64,000 nucleotides of DNA from a candidate division FCPU426 bacterium. Lineage in GTDB: Bacteria > Oederibacteriota > JAAXVQ01 > JAUVAV01. Shown piece by piece: positions 48,801 to 58,668 of this stretch; position 1 is the first letter of the stretch, and every line of letters starts with the position of its first letter. A program made the position numbers and the translations under genes. The DNA lies in the NCBI GenBank assembly GCA_030591525.1, contig JAUVAV010000008.1:15839-79838 (forward strand). Reading direction: 5' to 3'. The notes under the pieces are model-generated. The model made no database searches. It was not told where the DNA came from and worked only from the letters and a program-made list of their open reading frames with translations.

Positions 48801-51800
48801 ATTTTTTTTAAATAATGAAAACTGAAAAGATTTTTACCTCCTCCGGAAAGTCTGTGCGGCATGGCTATAGGCTTTAATTTGCCCTGGTCTATCACAACTT
48901 TTTTATGTTGGTTCGCCTGGGCCCGGCACAGAAAATAACGGGCCCGGAATAAGCTGGCCTCGACCCACTCGGCCATTTCCCGGGAAGTAATCTGTTGTTC
49001 TCTTTGCTTCCGATTTAATTCCCGGCGTCTTGGTTCGGAATACACCAAGGAGGCCTTGGTAACTCCAAAAATGATTTCCGGAACAGGGAGAAATTCGCCG
49101 CATCCGGCCGGTGAACTTATCGGTTTTTCCGGGCCGGGTTGACTTATGGCCTGAAGCGTAATCGGCTCCAACTTCAGACCCAGGCTCTGTTCGGTCACCT
49201 GGTGCAGCAACCGGCCCGGCCGGGGACGCCATGCCCTATTTTGCAGGATATTTGCTTTTTCGGACCAAGGTAAGCTTTCAAGATAATTCTGGACTAAGTC
49301 GTGCCGATTGACGCGCAACAAAAGACGTACGCCGTGGAGCTCATCCTGCAACACCCTGACCAACTGATCGTCTCCCATGGTTTTACAAAGCCGGGCGGCG
49401 GCTTCTTCTACCTGTTGCAAAGTCATGGTTTTCTCCCAATCGCTTGCCGGGCGTACCAGGACGTACTTCTCCTCAAATTCCTGAGCCAGGATGCTTCGGA
49501 CATGCTGCAGAGCTGCGCTCACGCTATCGGCTGATAAGGTATGATCCATTAAAAAGGCCGCCCGTCCGTGAATGCCAAAACGCTCAATTTCCTGAAAACC
49601 TCTCCGGCCGTTCAGCCGGCGCATGAACTCCGTGTTTAGTATCCGGTGGATGTGGTCTGAAATATCCTGTTCGAGCATGCAGGCCACATCTTTCCCATAG
49701 ACTTGCTTGATGCTGAGGATATTCTCCAGTCCGGCCAGACCGATCCAGGCATCGCCTTTTTTCTGCAGGATACCGCGAAAGCGCGCGGTTTTTGTCTCTG
49801 GTTTCTTCCGAAGCAGAGCTTGATTAACCAACTTGATCGCTTCCGGAACTGGCAGGTACCGCATATCCAACAGTATGGCATCCGGATGAGGGTGAGCCGC
49901 TTCCTTGGGATTATGGTCGATTACATAAAATCGCGCGGCTTTTTCCGCCTGGTTCTCGAATAATCTAAATGATGGCGTCCGGCGGTGTCCCACTACAATG
50001 AGATTTTTTTCCTGGGCGGCATGATCCACCAAGCATTGATCTACCTGACCGCTGAAATGATCGCGGAGCATATCTTCTGTAAAAATCCGCTTTACCATAG
50101 CCTTGACTTCCGGCTGCATGATTTCTTCCATTTCCGGCTGATCGTGATGCGGTTTTCCGTTCGCGCCTTCATATTCTACCAGCATGCTGTTTTCACCTGT
50201 TCGGGAATTGAATTGAGGCGTGATATTTATTCGGGAGATGGTTTTTTGTATGCCGATCAGCCGGGCCGGAGTAAGCGGTGACCGGCCATCCAGACCTTTC
50301 TGCCGCTGTACGTCCAGCACTTTCCAGGCCAAGGCCCGGCGCATGAATTCCACGTTAACATAACTGTACCCATATTGGCGTGCCATCAGGGCCGCCAGTT
50401 GGTGCTTATGAAAAGTTCCCGGTCCGTCCAGGGTTATAATATGGCGTATTTGTTTATGGGAATAATTATAGGCACCCCAGATGGCCGTTAATCCGGCGGC
50501 GGCCGCTATCAACCAAGCCGCAGGCAAGCTCAAAATTATGCCTGAGACGCCGGCCCCCAGCCCTATGGCTCCCAGCACGAGCATACGGAGCGCGTCTCTC
50601 TGCCTCGGGTGCAAAAAGCCGCTCCAAATTCGATGAAATATGCGCGCCAGGGAAAGATACTCCAAAAAGGTAGCCGTATAATAGCTGCGGCCGACCTGGA
50701 TATCCAATAAATATTTGAGTACCGCCATTTGGCCATCGTGGGTTAATTTAAGCAAATTGGGATTCAACAAAATCTTGCCATCATCCCCAATATCGCCTAT
50801 GGTCCCAAAAGTCTGACCCCATTTTAGTTTCTCCGACGGCAGAACGCCGAAATGCGGCTTTTCCGGATACATCCCCGGATGCCGGGCCTGCAGTCCCGTA
50901 AAGAGCGGGGCCATGAACTCTACGATGTTTTCATTGGTTAAGCGGACCGCGTTCTTTTTTCTTTCTCTGAGTAAGGGTAACCTGTCCAGGCCGGGAATGC
51001 GGTTCAAGCTGGAATTCAGATAGGCGAATAAAAAACAGAAATAGTAATACATGCGAGGCCCGGAATTGAAAAACATATAGCCGCCGGATCCCAGGGACCA
51101 ACTGGTTGCAAATGTAAGGGATACCTGAGGCACAAAGAGCATGCCGAGCATTATTATAATAACCAAGGGAAAGAACAGCTTGACCATGCCGGTGCCATAG
51201 GCCTGTACCACGGCCTTGTGAAAAAGCGGGGGCGCGGTTTCACTCTTCCACGCAACCAAATATTTGTAGGTACCTTTGGTTAACTCGTAGACCAGTTTAA
51301 TCAGCACATGAACGGGAGACAAGGACAGATTACAGGGTCCTGACCACATGGCATCGGTAACCGACATGTCCAGCTTGGTGTGGGGATTGACTTTACGGAT
51401 AGCGTAAAAGTTTAGGGCCGCCATGCCTGCCACAAAAACCGCTGCCACCAAAATCCCGAGCGTAGGAAGTGCTGGGGATAACAAGGCCAGGATGAGACTT
51501 AAATACATGATGGTAAATATCCATCCGTAAGATTCGCTGATATGGCCTTTCCGGACCAAAGCTGCGGGATAAAACCAGGGCTCCAGGAGATGGGATAATC
51601 CTGCCGAAATGAAAATATTCCAAATATAATAACCCGGCGGTGGGCGCTGCAATTTTTCCTCAGCCTCTTGGGCTGCGGTCCGGTATGCCGCCAGACTGCG
51701 GTACTTGAAAAAACGGCTAATCGCAGGCCGGCGCAACAGCCCGTCGATCGCCTGATTAATAAAATAATGAGCATAAAGCTGGTAGGCCACGACAAAGAAC

Positions 51801-54223
51801 GGCGCTTCAATATTTTCCCGTAGCTTTTCCTGTCCGGCAGGCTGCGCGCCACGCAGCGGCTCCACCAGCGTGCCTTGTTCGTGATCCTCATAGACCACGG
51901 CTTCATCTATTTGTTCCAGACCGGCCAGCCCGTAGGTTTGATAAAGTTTGTAAACCACCCAGAAAAATCTCGATACGCTGACGACCAGATAAAAAACCAA
52001 GAAACCCGCCAATGCGGGCAAAAAGCTTCCCCCTATGCAAACCAAAACGGCTATAAGAACTGTTGCCCAGGTTTCCCGCAGGGTCATCCCTCCAGTATCG
52101 TATTTGTCTTTACTCCCACTGCCTCTCCGCATATTGAGCAAAGTAACTACCGTGGCGACGCTCCAAATTCCAAAAAAAATGCCCGGCAGGTTCGGTCCCA
52201 GAACCAAGACCGGCAGGATACCGGCCGCCATGGTCCCCAGGCCGTAGCGCGCTGACTTTGATGCGGATCGAAAAGAAAACCATTGCCGCCTCTTTTCATA
52301 TATTCCGGCCGCGATTTCCTTTCCTCTTTCCGCAAGCTGTTTGGTATAAGCTGCTGTGGGGGATAGCCGGGTTTGGTCCGGGGATTTCCATTTTTTCTTC
52401 GCAGTCCGGACGTGTGCCCATCCCGGCTTTTTCCCGTAAGCTCGCCGGCTTAGTCCCAGCATTTTGGCCAGAGTTTTTTCGTCACTCACTACATCGGCCT
52501 TCACAACATCAAAAACACTTCCCTTTCCCTCCAGGACCTGACTGTCTACGCAAGGGTAGGCGGGCGATTCCCGGGAAGGCCTCAAAATAATCCAGAAATA
52601 GTTTCCGTTCAATCTATCCTGGACCTTAAACGCAAATACCTTTCTGGCCGGGTCGCTCCAGGCTGAATCCATGTTCACTTGTACGGTTTCGTCGTTTTCT
52701 TTCCAGGACGTCAGGGTGCGTTGGAAATGACTTTTCAAGGTTTCTTTCCCGGTTTCGCCTTGGTTAATATGAAAATTCAAAATACTGATTTTACTGACTA
52801 CGTCCATAAGCCGCTGAGCCGTGAAGTCATTGAACAGGCTGGACGTCTTGAAATATTGCTCTTTTTCTTTCAGCAGCTTTTCCAGGGGTGTGCGCCGGCC
52901 ACGCAAAAGCGCAAAATAGGGATTCGATATATCCGGGCGCGTAAGCCGGGGTCTTACCGAAATAAAGGAAATATTGTGCCGCTTCAGCGCTTTCTCCACC
53001 AGAGCGGCATGAAAGCCGCCGGCGACCAGGGCGGCCAGACTCTGATTTTTCTTTTCCATTTTCTCCAGAAGATTTTGCACAAAGGCCTGGGAACGGGTAT
53101 CAGCCAGGGAATAAAAATTCATGGCGGACTCAAGATAGTGGTCCATCTCCCCCACACCGGGATCGAGATCCAAATCCAGGCCGCCGGTATATGACCATTT
53201 CTCCAGAAAAGCCAGCAGCGTCTTCACCGAGCATTCCTGCGGGTGGGACCGAAAATAATCCAACTCCTCCGGCTCAGCGCTGATGGCTATCATCTTTTCC
53301 ATGATCGTCAGCAGGTAAAGGCAATGATCCAGTTCGCGCTGTTGCGGGGATAGATAGGAAGCTTCCCGCAGCGCTTTTTCCAGGCATCGCAGTTTGACAC
53401 GCTCTTCCTCCGCATCCGGCCATCCGGAGTGCATCAGGTCCGCGCTGAACGCAAAGACGAGTCCTCTGCGCCGCGCTTCCTTCCGGAGAAAATTACCATA
53501 CTTTTTCAGGGAGATGCCTTGGCACTCATAACTTTCTTTCATATGGTCCAGCTTGGCCAAATCCAGGCTGTAAATGGAAGGCTTTATTTTTTGAAAAGCA
53601 TGGCGCAGGTCCGCGCACAGGCCTTGGCTGGCATAGTTTAAAAAACCGTCCAAGGCGCTCTTCTCAGCGGCGTAGAGTTCCGGTGATTCCACGCCTTGAA
53701 GCTCCAGAGGAAAATTGCTGGTAATGGCCGCATATTCCGCGCCGGTAATATACCCGCGTTTTAAAAAGTATTCAGCCACGTCCATCTTGACGCGCCTAAT
53801 CGGAAGGGTTGCTAGCTTGTCCACGTCTACCCGACGGCTGTCCCCTTCCACGCCTACCAGACGCAAATCATGGCCGCGGGCCAAACGCTCCAGAATTTTA
53901 GAGATGTGGCTTTGAATTTCATGATGACAATGCAGATCATGGACAAAAACCACCATCCGCCCGGCACTGCCCTGGTTACTGCTGGTGACACACCCCAGAT
54001 CCGGCAAGATATTCGAAGCCACAGATTGAAGGACGCGGGAAACATTTCCCCGTTCCCAACCAACTCCGGCACGGAAGGCGGACCCGTCAAAGGCAAAACC
54101 CAAAGTGGGAAAAATCAATCCCACGGCAAGCAGCAAAGTCAGGGCACGATTTAGACACTGCCCCATCGGACTTCTTCGCCAAAAGATCAATCCCGGCCGG
54201 GCTTTTTCCATTGGCTTTTTCAT
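45818..54223 (-). CDS. Giant (~2800 aa) multidomain membrane protein of unknown function
   Basis: It is an 8.4-kb uninterrupted ORF. The likely start, ATG 54223, is preceded by AAGAGAGG. A 28-codon upstream in-frame extension to 54307 is possible. Hydrophobic blocks lie at aa ~50-70, ~690-780, ~895-1100, ~1240-1280, ~2040-2075 and ~2560-2620. A degenerate cytidylate-kinase-like segment (IITLDGPGTFHK...YGYSYVNVEFMRRALAW) is present. A TraB/GumN-like pair of motifs occurs near the N-terminus (VVFVHDLHCHH ... LVAGGFHAAL). Confidence 0.8.
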   Translation of the reverse strand: MKKPMEKARPGLIFWRRSPMGQCLNRALTLLLAVGLIFPTLGFAFDGSAFRAGVGWERGNVSRVLQSVASNILPDLGCVTSSNQGSAGRMVVFVHDLHCHHEIQSHISKILERLARGHDLRLVGVEGDSRRVDVDKLATLPIRRVKMDVAEYFLKRGYITGAEYAAITSNFPLELQGVESPELYAAEKSALDGFLNYASQGLCADLRHAFQKIKPSIYSLDLAKLDHMKESYECQGISLKKYGNFLRKEARRRGLVFAFSADLMHSGWPDAEEERVKLRCLEKALREASYLSPQQRELDHCLYLLTIMEKMIAISAEPEELDYFRSHPQECSVKTLLAFLEKWSYTGGLDLDLDPGVGEMDHYLESAMNFYSLADTRSQAFVQNLLEKMEKKNQSLAALVAGGFHAALVEKALKRHNISFISVRPRLTRPDISNPYFALLRGRRTPLEKLLKEKEQYFKTSSLFNDFTAQRLMDVVSKISILNFHINQGETGKETLKSHFQRTLTSWKENDETVQVNMDSAWSDPARKVFAFKVQDRLNGNYFWIILRPSRESPAYPCVDSQVLEGKGSVFDVVKADVVSDEKTLAKMLGLSRRAYGKKPGWAHVRTAKKKWKSPDQTRLSPTAAYTKQLAERGKEIAAGIYEKRRQWFSFRSASKSARYGLGTMAAGILPVLVLGPNLPGIFFGIWSVATVVTLLNMRRGSGSKDKYDTGGMTLRETWATVLIAVLVCIGGSFLPALAGFLVFYLVVSVSRFFWVVYKLYQTYGLAGLEQIDEAVVYEDHEQGTLVEPLRGAQPAGQEKLRENIEAPFFVVAYQLYAHYFINQAIDGLLRRPAISRFFKYRSLAAYRTAAQEAEEKLQRPPPGYYIWNIFISAGLSHLLEPWFYPAALVRKGHISESYGWIFTIMYLSLILALLSPALPTLGILVAAVFVAGMAALNFYAIRKVNPHTKLDMSVTDAMWSGPCNLSLSPVHVLIKLVYELTKGTYKYLVAWKSETAPPLFHKAVVQAYGTGMVKLFFPLVIIIMLGMLFVPQVSLTFATSWSLGSGGYMFFNSGPRMYYYFCFLFAYLNSSLNRIPGLDRLPLLRERKKNAVRLTNENIVEFMAPLFTGLQARHPGMYPEKPHFGVLPSEKLKWGQTFGTIGDIGDDGKILLNPNLLKLTHDGQMAVLKYLLDIQVGRSYYTATFLEYLSLARIFHRIWSGFLHPRQRDALRMLVLGAIGLGAGVSGIILSLPAAWLIAAAAGLTAIWGAYNYSHKQIRHIITLDGPGTFHKHQLAALMARQYGYSYVNVEFMRRALAWKVLDVQRQKGLDGRSPLTPARLIGIQKTISRINITPQFNSRTGENSMLVEYEGANGKPHHDQPEMEEIMQPEVKAMVKRIFTEDMLRDHFSGQVDQCLVDHAAQEKNLIVVGHRRTPSFRLFENQAEKAARFYVIDHNPKEAAHPHPDAILLDMRYLPVPEAIKLVNQALLRKKPETKTARFRGILQKKGDAWIGLAGLENILSIKQVYGKDVACMLEQDISDHIHRILNTEFMRRLNGRRGFQEIERFGIHGRAAFLMDHTLSADSVSAALQHVRSILAQEFEEKYVLVRPASDWEKTMTLQQVEEAAARLCKTMGDDQLVRVLQDELHGVRLLLRVNRHDLVQNYLESLPWSEKANILQNRAWRPRPGRLLHQVTEQSLGLKLEPITLQAISQPGPEKPISSPAGCGEFLPVPEIIFGVTKASLVYSEPRRRELNRKQREQQITSREMAEWVEASLFRARYFLCRAQANQHKKVVIDQGKLKPIAMPHRLSGGGKNLFSFHYLKKIRALQKRYAINSEVKNADGYLLYEKAAPWVLSFFGLERLVIERLSFLGRLKKFEPAVFISRAPPRHVYDKEKIRIVVVCPEITHLLDIEYKIEAPEINSCHPWVLPALLMHIEEEQLGRLLVVRNLNQAAPLFLQTLKERINRYSKVPITLSAVSSNCPSKDLTKEEGFSRLIQKAGITRLAHPWPEPYAVYDSGQLEAARERFRGIAGRLADDWLQKWSRKSPGTMAQQLRQEESASLINLMERHRELNIKPQPPGSGQWQRFFLIRPWLRFKTSPLGQKLRFMLEPIQPDQRLFLSLIGSGFKRFRRKEWILTGLAAVWSAAAGWLGGRVIGNGVSAGLVHLGFLAARADTFYPEPDSLASQEAEERLQAGYSAYQRILHRGQGPAIAEYAFRQWKQLGGPAKFKGKYTLVTDIDGLQEDITAYFNQRMEIRPGAAQTYRDFLKNMRLVNIPAGEQTPAALESMAAFKGMIILSGQYQNTVRIEMNSAGKVRFIAADNREVELDGIPGLNAYFKERRKILQAQARKAQDGVAVCWFTPYQVMTQASRKLKAGSIMFINYCPGAHGWKDGVDLDRLAWWAKKQSLASDMHASVGEAAAGLADNQAAQAAFEQRVREEQSSGRLDFSKDEAEAIRRTHYRDDLYRIAVFRQGPVPVISEEALQAPFADFRSAAAGVAGRSAGFSGLEKEGIRLPGEETGADTAIAARKKVSRLVLFVLALVMGSRALKKAGQHSLHLKLGVSQRKLPGILLVILLMRQPAFWKAIKDILKVVNGRAWHAVPENDHIKKQWHDGRKLMNRSPVFLWILRITHTQADEIDHHLKMIIYHANKINGTAFYLAPGRYLQEVLAADPELHDKSVISRRIRERCLNQDAWLMRTLHRLDNSPQNGEILTSIMHHLMKEMRRAKLAGDLAYRDHILLIFRHIDPANQQVLQFRAGQAGLIKRVIPARLLKDDLLKEQLMTLYDDEIFHSNGQQLRPPRRIREMSLSYAGAA

Positions 54224-54510
54224 CAGGCCTCTCTTTGCTTTTTTAAAATATGCTCCTGTATTTTTTTGCAAACGCGGTAATAGAGAAATCCCATCACGCC
54301 TATGCAAAGTAAAACTATCAACCCTAAAACAATTTCCATTTTTCTATTCTCCTGTTTTTATTCAGATTAATTATAGCTTCTGTTGGTTAAGAAAATATTT
54401 CGGAAATGTGTTTTTTGTGTGAATATTTATCAGATGCTTTAGAGAGATCGCTGGAGAAAATACTAAATTGCACTAGTGTCGTGTTTCATAAGTACGTTGA
54501 ATTAATGTTT

Positions 54511-54604
54511 TGTCATTCCGGCATGCTCTAAGCCGGAATCCAGGGGCTTTGTCCTTGAAAAATAATGTTTTTCTGGGCCCCGGCTAAAATCATGCCAGGG
54601 TGAC
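54511..54604. repeat. Family B-related short element (TGTCATTCCGGCATG ... CATGCCAGGGTGAC)
   Basis: It shares the terminal inverted repeat of family B and is adjacent to a family C copy. Confidence 0.7.
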
Positions 54605-54632
54605 TTACTAATAGAATTTCTGAAACGCGACA

Positions 54633-54770
54633 CTAGGAGCTTGAGTATTTAGTCAGTTTTTTGAGAGTAGATAGTAGAAAGTTGACCGCATTTGAGATAT
54701 TTTATCTAATTTCTACTATCGAATCTCAAATGCTCTGGAGCCTGAGCAACTAATTGCTCAGGCTCCTGGG
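54633..54770. repeat. Family C miniature inverted-repeat element between the giant gene start and the PHP-GT4 gene end
   Basis: About 95% identical to 45685-45822 and 58511-58645. Confidence 0.85.
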
Positions 54771-54777
54771 TAATATA

Positions 54778-57159
54778 TTATTGTAAAACCTGATCCCGTT
54801 TTTGCTCCTCGCCGAATAAATTTCCCAGGCTCTTTTCCCAGGTGTATTTCCGCAGAACATTTTCGCGCGCCTTAGCCTGCATTATGGCAAAAGCTTTGGG
54901 ATGATTCTTTTTAATATCCAACAGTTTGTTTATTGCCAGGGTCCAGGCTTCCAGGTAATTGGCCGGCAAAACCATGCCGGTTTCCTGATGAATTACAATT
55001 TCCTTCGGACCACCTATGTTTGATACGACCGCCGGCAAACCGCAAGCTTGCGCTTCCAATACCGCCATACCGAAAGTATCCGTGGTGCTTGGAAAAACCA
55101 AAAGATCGGCGGAACAGTATAATTCCGGAAGAGCCTCCCGGGGCAAGCGTCCAAAAAATTTGATCCCCGGAATTTTAATATATTTACTTTTTAGCCTTTC
55201 CAGGCAAGGTCCGTCTCCGGCAATAATAAGCTGCATATCCGGATTAACTCCCGTTAATTCCTCGTAAATTTTGAACAGGAAATCAATATTTTTATCTTTA
55301 GAAACCCGGCCGGAGTATAAAAGCGTGGGTTTTACAGCCTTTTTCCCTCCAAACTTGCGCGTTTGAATTTCAGGCTTAAACACTGCCGTTTCCACAGCTT
55401 TATTATAGTATGCCAGTTTATGCAGCGGATAATTGCGTGCTTTAAGAATATCCAGATAGGCTTTGGTCGGCACTTTTATCTCATCCATAAGGGAATAGAA
55501 CCACTTTATATATTGTTCAACCGTGCCGGCCAAATCATCCTGTCCGCTGATTTGAATAATCTGCGAAGAAAAATCTGTATGGTAAATTCCAGAACATGGC
55601 AAATTCAGCAGCTTGGCTGCCAGCACTCCCAGTAAACCAATTGGCCCTGGCGCGGAAACAAGTATCCTGTCAGGTTCTGCCTGATAAATAAGTTCCACCG
55701 CTTTAAGCACTGACGGTATAAAAAGATAAAGATTTTCATAATACGGCAAAGAAAAGGTATGAAAATAAGGCAGTATAAGGGTGTTCGGCGGAAGGCAGGC
55801 TTTATCACTTTTAGCGTCTATCGCCGCAGCGATTTGCACCTCAAACATTTTTTCATGTGCCAGCCGGCCGGTTTGTTTAATCGTCTCCGCAACCCCGTTC
55901 ATGTCCAGCAGCGTATCCGTAAACCATAATATCTTTTTTCTGCCTTTCCGGGAAACCGGCACATACTCCCTTCGCATATGATTAATCATGGTCCGGCTGC
56001 GAAACATATGCCGCAAACTTGTAAAAAACGGGATTGAGATAAAAACCGCAGGAATTGCCGAGGAAACATCCCGGATTATCTTGCTGATATCACCCCTTTT
56101 AATGTCCTTTTCCAAGACCTTAAATAACTCCTTCAAAAAGCCATCCGCAGCATTGGCAATATATTGAAACATGATCTGAAACTTCCGCTCATAGTCATCC
56201 TTCCCCCCGCTTCTAAACTCTTCCATCAGCCTTAGGAACGCTTCCTGGCCTTCATCCTTGCTCTTTAACCACTTCCACCGGCTTAATGGCAGGCGGTCTT
56301 TCCAGGAAAACCTGGCTCCCTGGAAAAGGCTATTATGTAATTGTTCGAGCAAAGGCTGGGATATGATCAATTTTTTATCTTCAGAAAAATCGTAAGCTAT
56401 CTTGTATATAGTAAAAACAAAGGTCCGGTAATTATTATGGCGGCCGCCAACCGTGGTAAGTTTATCCTTCAAGCAGAAGAGGTATTCCTCCGGAGAGAAA
56501 GCACCGGCTGTGGTATGGGTCGCTCCAATGAAAAGACCGGCGTGATCATCGCTGCCTCCGGTTATACCCTTTACCCAGGAATCATCACTAATCGGGTTTA
56601 TGCCGTGTTTTTTCTGCAGTGTGGCCAGGCGCTCTGGCGTAAGATTTTTTAAAATTCCCATCCAGCCAAAGTTGCTCATTTTATCCCGGCTGCCGTTGAT
56701 TCCTTCAAAAATATCGAAAAGCAGAATCAGCTTTTCGAGGTGGCTCTGCGTCAGACGGTCGTTCACCGAATAAGCGGCATGCGCGACTGAATAGGCCAAA
56801 TCCCGGCGCTTAATATAATCGCGCAAGTTGTAGATGTTCTGCCGGAGCGAATCAATTTCTTCCCACTCCTGGCGGCTAAAACCGTAGATAAGCAAATGCA
56901 CTTTACACCCGTCTTCCGGGAAATAGGTAGTCGCCTCAACTCCGGTAAAGCAATCCTTTGGGTACTTATTTTTTAAATATAAGGCTCCCTCGATTTTATT
57001 GTGGTCAGTAAGCGTGACAAAACGCATGCCCTTGGCTTTGGCTTGGCAATAAACTTCATCCGGACTGGTATAGGATTCATAAGCCCCTAATTTCTTCAGG
57101 AACCAGTCCGCGGCATGACGCGAATGTATGGAATGAACGTGCAAATCGGCTTTGGCCAT
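54778..57159 (-). CDS. PHP-domain (polymerase/histidinol-phosphatase-like metallophosphoesterase) fused to a GT4 (group 1) glycosyltransferase
   Basis: The N-terminus carries the PHP signature (ADLHVHSIHSRHAAD...TDHN). The C-terminus carries the GT4 EX7E region (SADLLVFPSTTDTFGMAVLEAQACGLPAV). The protein is 793 aa. Confidence 0.7.
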   Translation of the reverse strand: MAKADLHVHSIHSRHAADWFLKKLGAYESYTSPDEVYCQAKAKGMRFVTLTDHNKIEGALYLKNKYPKDCFTGVEATTYFPEDGCKVHLLIYGFSRQEWEEIDSLRQNIYNLRDYIKRRDLAYSVAHAAYSVNDRLTQSHLEKLILLFDIFEGINGSRDKMSNFGWMGILKNLTPERLATLQKKHGINPISDDSWVKGITGGSDDHAGLFIGATHTTAGAFSPEEYLFCLKDKLTTVGGRHNNYRTFVFTIYKIAYDFSEDKKLIISQPLLEQLHNSLFQGARFSWKDRLPLSRWKWLKSKDEGQEAFLRLMEEFRSGGKDDYERKFQIMFQYIANAADGFLKELFKVLEKDIKRGDISKIIRDVSSAIPAVFISIPFFTSLRHMFRSRTMINHMRREYVPVSRKGRKKILWFTDTLLDMNGVAETIKQTGRLAHEKMFEVQIAAAIDAKSDKACLPPNTLILPYFHTFSLPYYENLYLFIPSVLKAVELIYQAEPDRILVSAPGPIGLLGVLAAKLLNLPCSGIYHTDFSSQIIQISGQDDLAGTVEQYIKWFYSLMDEIKVPTKAYLDILKARNYPLHKLAYYNKAVETAVFKPEIQTRKFGGKKAVKPTLLYSGRVSKDKNIDFLFKIYEELTGVNPDMQLIIAGDGPCLERLKSKYIKIPGIKFFGRLPREALPELYCSADLLVFPSTTDTFGMAVLEAQACGLPAVVSNIGGPKEIVIHQETGMVLPANYLEAWTLAINKLLDIKKNHPKAFAIMQAKARENVLRKYTWEKSLGNLFGEEQKRDQVLQ

Positions 57160-57270
57160 TGATTATCACCTGCTTGTATTTTTAAGCAGAGCTTACAGGC
57201 AAGGTGTTCGGATTTGATTAGTTTTTTATTAAATTTTGAATAGGCTTCTGAAGGGAAGGCGTGCGCTTTC

Positions 57271-58083
57271 TTAAGGCAATAAATCTTCCAGCCTCTGTCT
57301 GCTTTCCTTGATATATTCAAAATAGCGGGGCCTTACTTCCATTACCAGAAGGCAACCTGCCGGTTCTAATGCTTGAACGGCTTTTTCAAAAGGAATTTCT
57401 CCCCAGCCAGGCGGCATATGCATATCTCCCCGGCCGTGGGCGACCAGGAGATCCTGGTCTTTCTCCTGAAAATACGAGGGACGGCCGCAGTTATCCTGCA
57501 GGTGCATATGTTTAAGCCGAGGTTTTACTTTGGCAATGGTCCTTATAAAATCCTGGTTGTATAACATGGTTGAAAGATACGCATGTCCGATATCCAGGGT
57601 GATTCCTATATTTTCCTCGTCAATATCCTTTACCTGTTTTGCTAATTCCCCGATTTCTTCGGCATAAGTGTAACCTTTTTCGCCGATAAAAGGCCGGGCA
57701 TTCTCCATGCCAAGAATTACCTTCGCTTGCCTTAAAAGCACGGAGAATTCTTTTAGAATATTCCGCTCTCTCTTCTTCCCTTCCACCTTTTCCAAAGGGC
57801 TCAATCTTTTTCTCTGGCTTAACCGGATCTCAACCTCGGACTTAAATCTTCCCGGATGATAGACTAAAATACGCGAGCCAATCTCGTGTGAAAACTCAAC
57901 CAATGATTTAAACACTGCCTTTTCTGCGGCTATTTCCTCCCGGTTCATTAAATTAAGGCTTTCCGGACAGTGAACAGAATAAGCGAAAGGGTAATCTTTA
58001 AGAAGGTTTTTTATTGCTTTTAGTCTTTGGTCTCTGATTCTTCCTCCTACAATCACATCCAATCCATGAAGGGGAAGTTCCAC
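57271..58083 (-). CDS. Sugar-phosphate isomerase/epimerase (xylose-isomerase-like TIM barrel, AP-endonuclease 2 fold)
   Basis: It has the metal-ligand pattern typical of this fold (..VYHPG.. , ..DIGHAY.., ..MHLQDN..). It is 270 aa. Confidence 0.65.
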   Translation of the reverse strand: MELPLHGLDVIVGGRIRDQRLKAIKNLLKDYPFAYSVHCPESLNLMNREEIAAEKAVFKSLVEFSHEIGSRILVYHPGRFKSEVEIRLSQRKRLSPLEKVEGKKRERNILKEFSVLLRQAKVILGMENARPFIGEKGYTYAEEIGELAKQVKDIDEENIGITLDIGHAYLSTMLYNQDFIRTIAKVKPRLKHMHLQDNCGRPSYFQEKDQDLLVAHGRGDMHMPPGWGEIPFEKAVQALEPAGCLLVMEVRPRYFEYIKESRQRLEDLLP

Positions 58084-58510
58084 TACATCAAAACCGGCAT
58101 AACCGCAACCCTCCTGTCAGCCATGCAAACTGTGATGCATCAGGCACCAGGTCAGGAGTTGGGCCCGGCGTTCGTCTTCCAACCATGTAAGAAAGGTCTC
58201 CGGTTTTCCCATTCTGCGCTCCCCGGGATTTTCAGCTGCGGGCCGAGGTTTATTTTTGGATTTGTCTCGGCGCGGCAGAGGACGCGTTTTCGGCCCGTCC
58301 GGCCGGCAGCGGCTCAACGGTCGGCCACTGGGATAAAGATCCGTTCTTGTCCGCAATTTTCGCAAATCCGGGCAATCCATAACCGGCATGGTGTTTTTCT
58401 CCTTTCAATATTTTTGCGAAGTATAGCAGAACTCAGATAATGTTTCCGTAAGGAGGATGTTAGAATTGGATAATATTTTACGGGTATAATTGATTGGATT
58501 TATAGACGTA

Positions 58511-58645
58511 GGGGGCTGAGCAATTAGTCGGTTTTTTGAGAGTAGATAGTAGAAAGTAGACCGCATTTGAGATATTTTATCTAATTTCTACTATCGAATC
58601 TCAAATGCTCTGGAGCCTGAGCAACTAATTGCTCAGGCTCCTAGG
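58511..58645. repeat. Family C miniature inverted-repeat element between the TIM-barrel and ClC genes
   Basis: It ends in GAGCCTGAGCAACTAATTGCTCAGGCTCCTAGG, which is itself a perfect 12-bp-stem hairpin. Confidence 0.85.
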
Positions 58646-58668
58646 GGACATGGTAATCTTCCCCCAGG

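Noticed and set aside
46500-53194. Numerous 60-170-aa plus-strand ORFs, e.g. 46645-47127 and 52679-53194
   Set aside because: They are embedded antisense in an 8.4-kb continuous minus-strand ORF and have no recognisable motifs. GC-rich antisense frames commonly stay open.
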